A stretch of 64,000 nt of DNA. Source: a virus. Its lineage: Duplodnaviria > Caudoviricetes. The translations under genes and the position numbers were made by a program. The stretch lies in IMG/VR virus record IMGVR_UViG_3300020360_000085, positions 160,001-224,000 of that record; one strand, written 5' to 3'. The notes beneath the pieces were generated by a model. That model searched no databases and was not told the DNA's origin. It saw only the letters and a program-made list of their open reading frames with translations. The first letter of the stretch is position 1, and each line of letters starts with the position of its first letter. Positions 1 through 9,672 of this stretch are shown piece by piece.

Positions 1-1
1 A

Positions 2-262
2 TTACTAGGTATAGAAGCAGATTGTATATTAGAAAATATAGACGAGGTTCCTACATTTATACACATGAAAAGTCATATACAAAATATACCAGACACTAGA
101 ATTAGTAAAGATTGGACTCAAACATTACCAACTTATTATAATTCTTATAAAGACTTTAAGATAGGAAATTTTCAACAACTGTTTCCATTTCATTATGTCG
201 AAAAAGACTGGCTAGATAAAAATAAAATACAGCAAATTGAGAAAGATTATGGTATCAAGTGA
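2..262 (+). CDS. 5'-truncated ORF, C-terminus of a probable glycosyltransferase-like phage protein
   Basis: Frame is open from base 2 (LLGIEADCILENIDEVPTFIH-MKSH...) to the stop at 262, so the track start at 65 is internal. Ends in FPFHYVEKDW; family assignment is by resemblance only. Confidence 0.5.
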   Translation, partial: LLGIEADCILENIDEVPTFIHMKSHIQNIPDTRISKDWTQTLPTYYNSYKDFKIGNFQQLFPFHYVEKDWLDKNKIQQIEKDYGIK

Positions 263-902
263 AGCAGAAAAAAGACTTAAAAGATTCTTAAATGAAAAAA
301 ATAAATTTAATAGTTTTACTGATCTCGTTAAACATCAAAAACAAAAAGATAAAACAGTTTGGTTCGACAATGAAGGAAATATTTTACAAATAAGTTCAGA
401 TTATAAACGTAAAAAAACTGTAAAAGAAAAAAGTGCAGTATTTACACAAGAGCAATTAAGTATATTGGAGGGCAAAGACGTAAATCTATACAGAGTTGTC
501 CAAGACGCAGAAATTGAAACAGTATTTACAATTGATTTAAAATTAGTAGAAAGTCCTTTTGTAGAAAATGATAAAGAGTTTTTACAACTTATTCCTGAAT
601 CCAATAGTAAAGTTTTTGATGTAGCAGTTACAAATAAAAATAATAAATTTACAGTACAATTACATAGTAAAATAATAAAAAAATATAAAGACATAGAACC
701 TAATATTGCAGTAGCAAATGGTAAAAAAGTTTTTAAATTTTATTTTACAAGTAAAAACAACCCTCATTTTATGATTAGCAGTTTAAACATACCTCTATCA
801 GAACTATTAAAAAAAGAAAAAATTACAAAAAATATATCTAAAAACTTAGATCAATGTAGCATATATACTATAAAACTATTCGATAAATATGTGTGTAGAT
901 AA
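249..902 (+). CDS. hypothetical protein
   Basis: Long Lys-rich ORF; ATG at 249 overlaps the upstream gene end; no motif recognised. Confidence 0.6.
   Translation: MVSSEAEKRLKRFLNEKNKFNSFTDLVKHQKQKDKTVWFDNEGNILQISSDYKRKKTVKEKSAVFTQEQLSILEGKDVNLYRVVQDAEIETVFTIDLKLVESPFVENDKEFLQLIPESNSKVFDVAVTNKNNKFTVQLHSKIIKKYKDIEPNIAVANGKKVFKFYFTSKNNPHFMISSLNIPLSELLKKEKITKNISKNLDQCSIYTIKLFDKYVCR
884..889 (+). promoter_or_regulatory. putative T4-like late promoter (TAAATA)
   Basis: gaTAAATAt about 40 nt upstream of the ATG at 926, followed by an AC-rich leader with acagga. The same motif recurs before other late genes, but it is short for an AT-rich genome. Confidence 0.4.
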
Positions 903-925
903 AAATACAAACACAGGACGACAGA

Positions 926-1924
926 ATGGCAAAGATCGATGTTACAGAATTAGACATATTCTATATTTCTTATGATGAACCCAACTGCGAAGAGCATTGG
1001 GCAGACTTACTAAACAAAGTACCTTGGGCAAAAAGGGTACACGGCGTAAAAGGATTTGACGCCGCACATAAAGAAGCCGCACAACAATCTGAAACTGACC
1101 GATTTATCACAGTAGATGGTGATAATATTGTTATGGATGATTTCTTTGAACAAGTACTAGATGTTCCAGACCAAGATCATGATGGAAACAATATTTCAGA
1201 AAGTATTTTTAGTTGGAATGCCAAAAATATTCTAAATGGTCTAGTATATGGTAATGGAGGCCTAAAATGCTGGCCTACCCAATATGTATTAGATATGAAA
1301 ACACACGAAGCGGCAGACGACGGTGAAGGTATGGAGTTTTGTTGGAAACTTAACTACATACAACTGAACGATACGTTTTCAGAAGTACATCAAACGGCAA
1401 GTCCTTTCCAAGCCTTTAGAGCAGGATTTAGAGAAGGTGTTAAAATGAGTTTGGATCAAGGAACCAGAATTCGTGCTGATGAATTTAAAGATAAAATATG
1501 GTGGCAAAATTACAACAGACTGCAAACATGGTGTAACATAGGTACAGATGTTGAAAATGGTTTGTGGGCAATTTATGGTGCAAGACTTGGATGTCAAATG
1601 ACTGTACTAAGTGATTGGGATACAAACAGTATAAGTGATTATGACTGGTTTAAAAAGTTTTTTAATAATGATATTTTGCCAAGATTTCCAGGAGATGAAG
1701 TTTGTAAATATTCAAAAGTAACATGGAATCCAGAAATGCTTTATATTGCTATACAAGATTTAGGAGTAACACTAAATGAAGGCATTAATGAAATGATGTT
1801 ATTTGATCCTAACAGAAAAATGTGTAAGTTTTTTAAAACAACTTATGTAAATCCAAGACGTTGGGGAGTAATGATAAGAGAAAAGCAAATTCAAGAATTA
1901 CTGGAAAAAGGATTAATACAGTAA
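926..1924 (+). CDS. GT-A-like glycosyltransferase-family phage protein
   Basis: DIFYISYDEP...HGVKGFDAAH...ITVDGDN (DxD)...YGNGGLK...QAFRAGFREGVKM; homologous to the last module of 19622-22675. Confidence 0.6.
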   Translation: MAKIDVTELDIFYISYDEPNCEEHWADLLNKVPWAKRVHGVKGFDAAHKEAAQQSETDRFITVDGDNIVMDDFFEQVLDVPDQDHDGNNISESIFSWNAKNILNGLVYGNGGLKCWPTQYVLDMKTHEAADDGEGMEFCWKLNYIQLNDTFSEVHQTASPFQAFRAGFREGVKMSLDQGTRIRADEFKDKIWWQNYNRLQTWCNIGTDVENGLWAIYGARLGCQMTVLSDWDTNSISDYDWFKKFFNNDILPRFPGDEVCKYSKVTWNPEMLYIAIQDLGVTLNEGINEMMLFDPNRKMCKFFKTTYVNPRRWGVMIREKQIQELLEKGLIQ

Positions 1925-2634
1925 TGAGTAAAATTTGGTTTTTTGGTGATAGTTTTGCCCATCCACCTTACATAAAAGATTTGTCTGAGGACAAAAATAA
2001 TTATTGGTGGGGTACAAAATTGTGTCAAAAGCATAATTTAACACCTAGAGTTATGTCAGAGCCTGGTAGTAGTTTAACATATACACACGAACAATTATTA
2101 AGATTTAAAAATCTTATAAATGAAGGAGATTTAGTTTTTATTTTTTACACTACTCCTTACAGAATGGATTTTGGTAAAAAATCTGTAAGTATAATTTCAA
2201 ATGGTATGACTCCTGCAGGAAAATTAATACCTAGTATAGACCCTGAACATGTAGTATCAGATGAAAGATTAAATAAAATTTTAAATATGTATATTGCATT
2301 AGGCTTAGATTTAGAAAGACATCTTAATCAACAATATGCTACAGTAAATTATATACAACATGTTTTAGTACCAGACATTTTACAAAAAAGAAAGCCTAAA
2401 AAAATATTAGAATTTTACTCTTTTAGGAGAACACAATTATGTCATAGTAATGTTGTTAATCCAGAAGAAAGTTTGCTTAAATTTTTACCCGAAGCGATGG
2501 AATGGATAAAAGATATTTGTGCAAAAGATAATGTTAATGTACAAGAAATTTTTTCTGATCCTTCACATTTTGGTAATGCTAAAGTAGGAGATTATAACGA
2601 AAAATATTTAGAATATATTGAAAGTTTATTATGA
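1924..2634 (+). CDS. SGNH/GDSL-like hypothetical protein
   Basis: True start is probably the ATG at 1924 (TAATG overlap). N-terminal WFFGDSF block-I-like motif and C-terminal DPSHF. Confidence 0.5.
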   Translation: MSKIWFFGDSFAHPPYIKDLSEDKNNYWWGTKLCQKHNLTPRVMSEPGSSLTYTHEQLLRFKNLINEGDLVFIFYTTPYRMDFGKKSVSIISNGMTPAGKLIPSIDPEHVVSDERLNKILNMYIALGLDLERHLNQQYATVNYIQHVLVPDILQKRKPKKILEFYSFRRTQLCHSNVVNPEESLLKFLPEAMEWIKDICAKDNVNVQEIFSDPSHFGNAKVGDYNEKYLEYIESLL

Positions 2635-4166
2635 GTAATTATGACCAGGCCGCAGATAAGGCCAAAAAACAGTTAGACAAAATAAGTCCAACTATGTGCT
2701 ATGCAAAATGGTCACAAGTTTCTATGCATTTACATAACGGCATGACTCATAGTTGTTATCATCCGCCTACACATAAAGTTGATTTAGAAGAATTAAAAGA
2801 AAATCCTACAGCACTTCATAATACAAAAGAGAAAAAAGAACAACGTAGACAAATGTTAGCAGGTGAAAGGCCAGAAGGGTGTAGTTACTGTTGGCGTATA
2901 GAAGATGTTGGTGGAAGAAGTGATCGTGTGTATCGTAGTGGCGAATATTGGGCTCAAAATGCTAGAGAAGAAATAGCAGAAGCAGGTGCAGATGGAAATA
3001 TAAATCCACGTTACGTTGAAGTAAACTTTAATCAAGCATGTAATTTAAAATGTAGTTATTGTAGTCCACATTTAAGTAACACTTGGGAGAAAGAAATAAA
3101 ACAATTTGGACCATACAATATAGTCCAAGGAGAACATAATAATTTAAATAGTTTAGGTAAAACTGGACTTATGCCATTAAAAATTTCACAAGCAGATAAT
3201 CCATATGTTACAGCCTTTTGGAAGTGGTGGCCTGATCTTTACAAAAATATAGAAGTTTTTCGTATGACAGGAGGAGAGCCACTAATGGATAGCAACACAT
3301 TTAAAGTATTAGACTATGTGTATAAAAATCCAAATGCCTGGCTTGAAATATCTGTTACATCAAACATGTGTCCACCTAAGCCAAAACTAATGGACATGTT
3401 TATAGAATCGCTACAAAGATTAGAAGAGATACAAATTTGGGAAGACCCAGAAAAGTTTAATCCAAACTCGGGGAACAACTGGTATGTAGCACCAGCATGT
3501 AAGAACTTTGCAACATTTGTATCATGTGATGGATATGGACCTCAAGCAGAGTATATGCGTAATGGTATGGACTTTAAAATGTTAGATAAAAATGTAAACA
3601 GAATCTTAGAGGATACAACTCATAGCACAATTACATTTATTAATACATTTAATGTACTAAGTTTAACAAGTTTGAAAGAATACTTACAATGGATTTTAGA
3701 ACTTAGAGATAGATATGCTAAGGATAGACAAGGAATAAAATATATTCCTATACCAGACAATGGCGGACATAAGCACCCAGATTATGAAGTAAGACCTAAA
3801 CAAAGAATATGGTTTGATATTCCATTGCTTAGAGCACCACTTTGGCAATGTATTCAAATAATGCCTGATTATTATCAGAGTTATTTGGAAGAAGCAATAG
3901 CATTTATGGAATTAAATAGAGCAGATGAAGTAAATATAGACTATAGAGGATTTAAAGATTTTGAAATAGATAAAGTAAGACGAAATTTAGAGTGGATGAA
4001 GGCCGGCTCTATTATGGATAAAGATGAATTACTTAAAGCAAGAGCAAATTTTTTTAAATTTTTTAGTCAGCATGATGAAAGAAGAAAAACAAACTTCTTA
4101 CAAGTTTTTCCAGAAATGGAAGATTGGTGGAATATTTGTAAAGAAGCAGAAGCATTAATAATATGA
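2631..4166 (+). CDS. radical SAM protein with N-terminal SPASM/twitch-like domain (#1)
   Basis: CNLKCSYC and MTGGEP; N-terminal C...SCYHPP...CSYCW. Confidence 0.9.
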   Translation: MSNYDQAADKAKKQLDKISPTMCYAKWSQVSMHLHNGMTHSCYHPPTHKVDLEELKENPTALHNTKEKKEQRRQMLAGERPEGCSYCWRIEDVGGRSDRVYRSGEYWAQNAREEIAEAGADGNINPRYVEVNFNQACNLKCSYCSPHLSNTWEKEIKQFGPYNIVQGEHNNLNSLGKTGLMPLKISQADNPYVTAFWKWWPDLYKNIEVFRMTGGEPLMDSNTFKVLDYVYKNPNAWLEISVTSNMCPPKPKLMDMFIESLQRLEEIQIWEDPEKFNPNSGNNWYVAPACKNFATFVSCDGYGPQAEYMRNGMDFKMLDKNVNRILEDTTHSTITFINTFNVLSLTSLKEYLQWILELRDRYAKDRQGIKYIPIPDNGGHKHPDYEVRPKQRIWFDIPLLRAPLWQCIQIMPDYYQSYLEEAIAFMELNRADEVNIDYRGFKDFEIDKVRRNLEWMKAGSIMDKDELLKARANFFKFFSQHDERRKTNFLQVFPEMEDWWNICKEAEALII

Positions 4167-4426
4167 AAGACAGAAATAAATTTTTAGAATTAGCAAAAAA
4201 AGGTATAGTTACAGTAGAATTTAGAAAAATAGATACACAAGAATTAAGAATTATGCCCTGTACGTTAAATAATAAATTAAGCAATGGAAAAGTTCCAGAC
4301 GGAATGAAACAAAATGCAAACAATGATGATTTTGCAGTATGGTCTCTAGATAAAAATGCATGGAGAAGTTTTAGAACTAATACTGTAGAAGATTGGTATG
4401 AAGGATATCCTAAAGAGGAAAATTAA
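4163..4426 (+). CDS. WYL_2/Sm-like SH3-fold small protein
   Basis: VTVEFRKIDT.ELRIMPCTL...AVWSLDKNAWRSFR pattern typical of T4-like phage DUF2693/WYL_2 proteins. Confidence 0.65.
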   Translation: MKDRNKFLELAKKGIVTVEFRKIDTQELRIMPCTLNNKLSNGKVPDGMKQNANNDDFAVWSLDKNAWRSFRTNTVEDWYEGYPKEEN

Positions 4427-6087
4427 TGGGAAGAAAGCAAGGAGAGTCACATAGAGAATATAAGAAAAGGATGATAGATCCTGTTTCTGAAAGTTTCTGT
4501 GGAGCAAAGTGGTACAATGCTACTATATGGTTAGGGCATGGCGGTACTACGAGTTGTCATCACCCTCCTGCTCACCAAATAGATTTAGAAGAAATTAAAA
4601 CAAATCCAAGTGCTATCCATAACAGTAGGCATAAAAAGAAAATGCGTCAGATGATGCAAGAGGGTACTAGACCCAAAGAGTGTGAGTACTGTTGGAAGAT
4701 TGAGGACATGGGTAAAGATGCAGACGGTAATGAGCCAGTAAGTGATAGAGTTTACAAAACGGTAATATACGAAGACGAGGATTTACATACTGCGGCAACT
4801 TTAGACCCGCAGTTTGACGTAAACTTAAAAACATTAGAGATTGCATTTAACAGAACATGCCAGTTAGCATGTAGTTACTGCAACCCTGCATTCTCCTCTA
4901 CATGGGTAAAAGACATTAGAGTAAATGGCGGATATCAAGGCATAAAAAGTGATGCTAGAGGACACTTTATTGATGATGCCCCCTACGCCGAACCATTTGA
5001 TCAAGATCAATTTAATCCATATGTTGATGCTTTTTGGAGATGGTGGCCTGAACTAAGTACAGAACTAGAAGAGATTAGAGTTACAGGTGGAGAACCACTT
5101 ATGACTCCAGACATTTATCAATTATTTGATTGGTTCGAAACAACAGACGAGCCTAATAAAGACAATATGAGATTTGCAATCAATAGTAACCTTATGGCAA
5201 AAGACAGCCTATTAGACAAAATGATTGCAGGCACACAAAATATTAATAGATTCCATTTATATACAAGTTGTGAAGCATTTGGTCCACAAGCAGAATACAT
5301 TAGAGATGGCTTGGATTGGGATAAGTGGACAACAGCATTTGAAAAGGTTTGCAGTGAAGCAAACATAGAAGGTTTACACATGATGATGACTATCAATGCA
5401 TTATGCCTTGATACCATTGTTGAATTTTTCGACTGGATGCTAGAGATGAAACGTAAATACGGTCATAATCGTCCTGGATTTACCTGTAACATTTTACGTT
5501 TCCCTAGTTTCCAGTCACCCTTAACATTACCAGACCATCTACGTGCAAAATATCATGATGAGGTTTACACATGGTTACAAAAAGTTAGAAGAAAGCAGGA
5601 AAAAGATTCTACTGGACAACTTTTAGTGCAACCTTGGGAGCAAGATCAAGTAAGCAGACTAATAGAATATTTAGACGTTGTAAAAACACCACATAGAAAT
5701 ACTGCTGATAGAGAACTACTTGAACATGATTTTAAATTGTTTTATGAGCAGTATGATGCAAGACGTGGGTTAAATTTTAGAGAAACTTTTCCAAGATTAA
5801 TAGAATTTTATGACAGTATTAAATTACAAGAATTCGATACTAATGAGCAGGATATACAAGCACCTAAAACAGCAGGAGTTACAGGCGGACTTTATGCAAA
5901 ACGTGTTGTAACAGAGGACGGCGAAGTAAAAGTTGTAGAAATGAAAATGCGTAATCGTAAAACAGGCGAAAGTGAAGACGACTATGATGATGAAAAATAT
6001 GCAGAAGATGAAAAAATTAATAAAGCAGGTAGCAGTATAGGTTGGGATACAGAAACAGATGGATTAGGCGGAGCAATTGATGATTAA
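4426..6087 (+). CDS. radical SAM protein with N-terminal SPASM/twitch-like domain (#2) and acidic C-terminal tail
   Basis: CQLACSYC and VTGGEP; N-terminal C...SCHHPP...CEYCW. Confidence 0.9.
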   Translation: MGRKQGESHREYKKRMIDPVSESFCGAKWYNATIWLGHGGTTSCHHPPAHQIDLEEIKTNPSAIHNSRHKKKMRQMMQEGTRPKECEYCWKIEDMGKDADGNEPVSDRVYKTVIYEDEDLHTAATLDPQFDVNLKTLEIAFNRTCQLACSYCNPAFSSTWVKDIRVNGGYQGIKSDARGHFIDDAPYAEPFDQDQFNPYVDAFWRWWPELSTELEEIRVTGGEPLMTPDIYQLFDWFETTDEPNKDNMRFAINSNLMAKDSLLDKMIAGTQNINRFHLYTSCEAFGPQAEYIRDGLDWDKWTTAFEKVCSEANIEGLHMMMTINALCLDTIVEFFDWMLEMKRKYGHNRPGFTCNILRFPSFQSPLTLPDHLRAKYHDEVYTWLQKVRRKQEKDSTGQLLVQPWEQDQVSRLIEYLDVVKTPHRNTADRELLEHDFKLFYEQYDARRGLNFRETFPRLIEFYDSIKLQEFDTNEQDIQAPKTAGVTGGLYAKRVVTEDGEVKVVEMKMRNRKTGESEDDYDDEKYAEDEKINKAGSSIGWDTETDGLGGAIDD

Positions 6088-6841
6088 ATTATTTGCTAAC
6101 ATTGGAGTAGGACACGAAAACGATTGGCAAACAATTAAAGGCAGAGTTGTTGCGGCCGCTCAGTGTAATGCTGATGCAATAGTAATTACAAAGTCAACGC
6201 CAGATATTATTATACCAAAGCATAAAAGATATGTAGCAATGGAAAGTAAATGGGGAGAACTGCCATATATAGAAGTAGCAAATAAAAGTGAATTAGACGA
6301 TTTAACTGTTAAAAAATTAAATGACTTAGTAGAGCAAATAGGCATACCAGTAATATGGTGCATTACAGATATACAGGCAGGAGATTGGGTATTAGAACAT
6401 ACAAATTGCAAAGATATTAAAATACATTTTGACTCTCAAAATGATTTAGATTTATTAGAGTTTTGTTATAATAATTTTGAAAAGGTTAGATATTGTGGTA
6501 ATGAAGAAAATATTAAAATATTATATAATATGTATCCTAGTAAATCAGTAAGGAGAGAACATTTATTTTTATATCATACTACAATTAAATTTCCTCCACA
6601 AGTAGAAGAATTAAAATTAAGTAGAATAGACAATTTAAAAAAATTATTTCCTGATGCAAATATAGGATTTGAAGGACGATGTGAATCAATATATCCTGAT
6701 TGTGCTGTTGCACTTAAAGATGTAAATTATATTGAAAAATATTTGGGGGACGAAGAAGAATTTAATCCTGCTGTTTTAAGTCATCAAAAATTTTATGACT
6801 TTTTTGTAAATATGAACCAACTAGAGATAGCAAATGGCTAA
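6080..6841 (+). CDS. degenerate NeuB/SpsE-like (sialic acid synthase fold) protein
   Basis: FANIGVGHEND...AAAQCNADAI resembles the NeuB AEIGxNHNGD...AAxAGADAVK motif; IGFEG...YIEKY resembles VGYSDH...IEKHF; no SAF domain. Confidence 0.55.
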   Translation: MIKLFANIGVGHENDWQTIKGRVVAAAQCNADAIVITKSTPDIIIPKHKRYVAMESKWGELPYIEVANKSELDDLTVKKLNDLVEQIGIPVIWCITDIQAGDWVLEHTNCKDIKIHFDSQNDLDLLEFCYNNFEKVRYCGNEENIKILYNMYPSKSVRREHLFLYHTTIKFPPQVEELKLSRIDNLKKLFPDANIGFEGRCESIYPDCAVALKDVNYIEKYLGDEEEFNPAVLSHQKFYDFFVNMNQLEIANG

Positions 6842-8237
6842 AGTTAAGCCTAAATGGGAACACGGACAAATGAGTCCAGATTCAGAAAACAAGGTGTTTT
6901 GTACAGCACCTTGGACCCATACCTATATTAGTCCACAAAGTGAAAGACGCATGTGCTGTGCTAGTAGAGAAGATCATATGATGCAAAGGCAGTATATAGA
7001 TGCAAGTAATGATAAAAGCACAGGCAAGTATAAAGAAGTAGGAACTATTGCAGATTATAAACCAGTAAGTTTGAAAGAACACTGGAATAGTCCTTACATG
7101 ATGGACATAAGAAAAAAACTTATGGCTGGCGAAGAGATTCCACAATGTGCAGTATGTAATGATAGTATTTTAAGTCAAAGTACATACAGACAATGGTTTA
7201 CTGGATTTTTATTTGAAAAATATATAGACAGGTGTTTTGAGGAGACAGATGAAAATGGATATACTAATATGGAACCAATTTCTTTTGATTACAGGGTCAG
7301 TAACCTGTGTAATTTTAAGTGTCGTATGTGTGGCGAACCTCTCTCGTCTGCTTGGGAAGGAGAGAAAAGAAAACATAATCTTTGGAGTCCGGAAAACCAA
7401 CCTTTTATGGTTCCCGAGAATAAAAAGATTATCCAGAAATTTCAGAAGGAAGTAGTTGAAGAAGAATTTTGGGACGCCATTTGTAGAGGCATTGTAGAAG
7501 AAATTTATTGGGTAGGTGGAGAACCACTAATGTATGACATTCATTGGCGTAGCATGGACAGATTAGCAAAAGATAATAATCTTAATAAAGTACATTTAAG
7601 ATATAATAGTAATTTAAGTCGTGTACGTTTTGGAGATCATTATTTGTACGACTGGCTACCACAAGCAAAAGATTGGACTATGTGTGCCAGTATAGATGGC
7701 ACGGGAGATATAGGCGAGTATATAAGAACTGGACTTAATTGGGAACAATGGGATAAAAACTTCAGAGAAGGTGTAGCATTACCAGGAGGTAATGATAAAA
7801 TGTTAATGGATTTAACATTAACAGGCCCAGGCATGTTTGATCTTAAAAACTTTTTTGATTATGCATTAGAACTAGATGTTAAGATAGAAACAAAACGCAT
7901 GTTCGCTTTCCATCCTGATATAGTAATGAGTGCTATGGCATGGCCTAGACATATACTTGACAGAATAATAGATGATGTGCTAGAATATATAAGGCCTAGG
8001 GCCACAGAAAAGCAACAAACATTAATAAGAGAATTAGAAGGCATGAAACAATCGCCTACTTTTCAAGAACAATGGCCAGAGGAGGCAGAAGATGCCTTTT
8101 TTAAAGGTAGAAATTGGCAAGATCAAATTGCAAATATTCGACCAGACGAAAAATTGCGTATAGAGGATATCTATAAGGAAGATAATGAATTATATGATTG
8201 GTGGATGAGAGTAGACCGCAAACACAATCAGCGATAA
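6834..8237 (+). CDS. radical SAM protein with N-terminal SPASM/twitch-like domain (#3)
   Basis: CNFKCRMC and WVGGEP; N-terminal C..PW...MCC...CAVC. Confidence 0.9.
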   Translation: MAKVKPKWEHGQMSPDSENKVFCTAPWTHTYISPQSERRMCCASREDHMMQRQYIDASNDKSTGKYKEVGTIADYKPVSLKEHWNSPYMMDIRKKLMAGEEIPQCAVCNDSILSQSTYRQWFTGFLFEKYIDRCFEETDENGYTNMEPISFDYRVSNLCNFKCRMCGEPLSSAWEGEKRKHNLWSPENQPFMVPENKKIIQKFQKEVVEEEFWDAICRGIVEEIYWVGGEPLMYDIHWRSMDRLAKDNNLNKVHLRYNSNLSRVRFGDHYLYDWLPQAKDWTMCASIDGTGDIGEYIRTGLNWEQWDKNFREGVALPGGNDKMLMDLTLTGPGMFDLKNFFDYALELDVKIETKRMFAFHPDIVMSAMAWPRHILDRIIDDVLEYIRPRATEKQQTLIRELEGMKQSPTFQEQWPEEAEDAFFKGRNWQDQIANIRPDEKLRIEDIYKEDNELYDWWMRVDRKHNQR

Positions 8238-8274
8238 TATACCACAAGCAACAAAACCCCCCAAAAAGACTCGA

Positions 8275-8336
8275 TAAATAGTGTAGTAATATGACTTTGT
8301 TATATTACACACATATTAACACAACAGGAGATAAAG
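8275..8336 (+). promoter_or_regulatory. putative late promoter TAAATA, 5' hairpin and AC-rich RBS leader
   Basis: TAAATA at 8275-8280; hairpin GTGT-A-GTAATATGAC/TTT/GTTATATTAC-ACAC at 8281-8312; acaacAGGAG before the ATG at 8337. Confidence 0.6.
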
Positions 8337-9671
8337 ATGGCCTCAGTCGGATTTATCGGTGTAGGTAAGTTAGGACAAGCCTGTGCCGAGATGGTCGCTG
8401 AAGTACATGATGTTGTTGGGTATGATGTTAATCCTGTAGAGCCTGAAAACTTTACAATGAGCGACACATTGGAAGGAGCAGTACTAGGACAAGATATTGT
8501 TTTTATTGCTGTACCTACACCACATGACCCACAGTATGATGGAAAAGCACCAACCAGCCATTTACCAAATAAGGACTTTGACTACGGTTTAGTTAAGCAA
8601 GTACTTTCAGAGGTAAATGCGGTTGCAACAAAAGACCAATTAGTAGTCCTTATATCAACAGTCTTGCCTGGTACAACCAGACGAGAATTCATTGATTTAA
8701 TTCCAAATGCCAGATTCGTTTACAACCCATACTTAATTGCTATGGGCACAGTTAAATGGGATATGGTAAATCCAGAAATGGTAATGATTGGAACAGAAGA
8801 TGGAAGTGAAACAGGTGATGCAAAACAACTTGTAGACTTTTACAAAACAATAATGCAAAACGATCCTAGATATATTATAGGTACTTGGGACGAAACAGAG
8901 TGTATAAAAGTTTTTTATAACACGTTTATTTCTGCCAAAGTATCTTTAGTAAATATGATACAGGACGTTGCAGAAAAGCAAGGCAACATAAACGCAGAAG
9001 TTGTTTGTGACGCTCTTGCAACATCAGACAGACGTATTATGGGTCCAGGTTACATGAAGCCGGGCATGGGCGATGGAGGTGCTTGCCACCCCCGAGATAA
9101 TATCGCACTTCGCTGGATGGCAGAAGAACTAGATTTAGGATACGACTTATTTGATGCTGTAATGTTAAGTAGAGAAGTACAAGCAGAAAATATGGCTAAA
9201 AAATTAAGCGAATATGCAGGTGGAGATTACCACCCTACAACAAAAACTATGGTAAATTCGTTACCTATTATAATTGTAGGTAAAGCATATAAGCCTTTAG
9301 TTGAATATGAAGCAGGTTCAAGTAGTATGTTAGTGGGACATTACATAGATAGTATGGGTCACGAACTGTATTACTACGATGAAAAAACAGGAGATATACC
9401 TCCACAACAAGTTTTAGATAAACCAGCAGTATATTTATTAGCACATAATCCTAGTATTACATACGGTGATCAGTTGGATACAGTACCTGGTTGGTATAAT
9501 GGCGAACACAATGTAACAGATTGTGATACAGCACTTATTTCAACAGGTAATGGTACAGAATTATATTTTGCACCAGACAGTATTGTTATTGATCCTTGGA
9601 GGAAAACACCACATATAATGGGCGTAAAAGTAGTACATTATGGAAACACTCGTAAAGAGTCTATGAGATAA
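8337..9671 (+). CDS. ugd: UDP-glucose/GDP-mannose dehydrogenase family protein
   Basis: GFIGVGKLG Rossmann motif, FIAVPTP, STVLPGT, YNPYL, KVFYNTF, catalytic GDGGACHPRD. Confidence 0.9.
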   Translation: MASVGFIGVGKLGQACAEMVAEVHDVVGYDVNPVEPENFTMSDTLEGAVLGQDIVFIAVPTPHDPQYDGKAPTSHLPNKDFDYGLVKQVLSEVNAVATKDQLVVLISTVLPGTTRREFIDLIPNARFVYNPYLIAMGTVKWDMVNPEMVMIGTEDGSETGDAKQLVDFYKTIMQNDPRYIIGTWDETECIKVFYNTFISAKVSLVNMIQDVAEKQGNINAEVVCDALATSDRRIMGPGYMKPGMGDGGACHPRDNIALRWMAEELDLGYDLFDAVMLSREVQAENMAKKLSEYAGGDYHPTTKTMVNSLPIIIVGKAYKPLVEYEAGSSSMLVGHYIDSMGHELYYYDEKTGDIPPQQVLDKPAVYLLAHNPSITYGDQLDTVPGWYNGEHNVTDCDTALISTGNGTELYFAPDSIVIDPWRKTPHIMGVKVVHYGNTRKESMR

Positions 9672-9672
9672 A

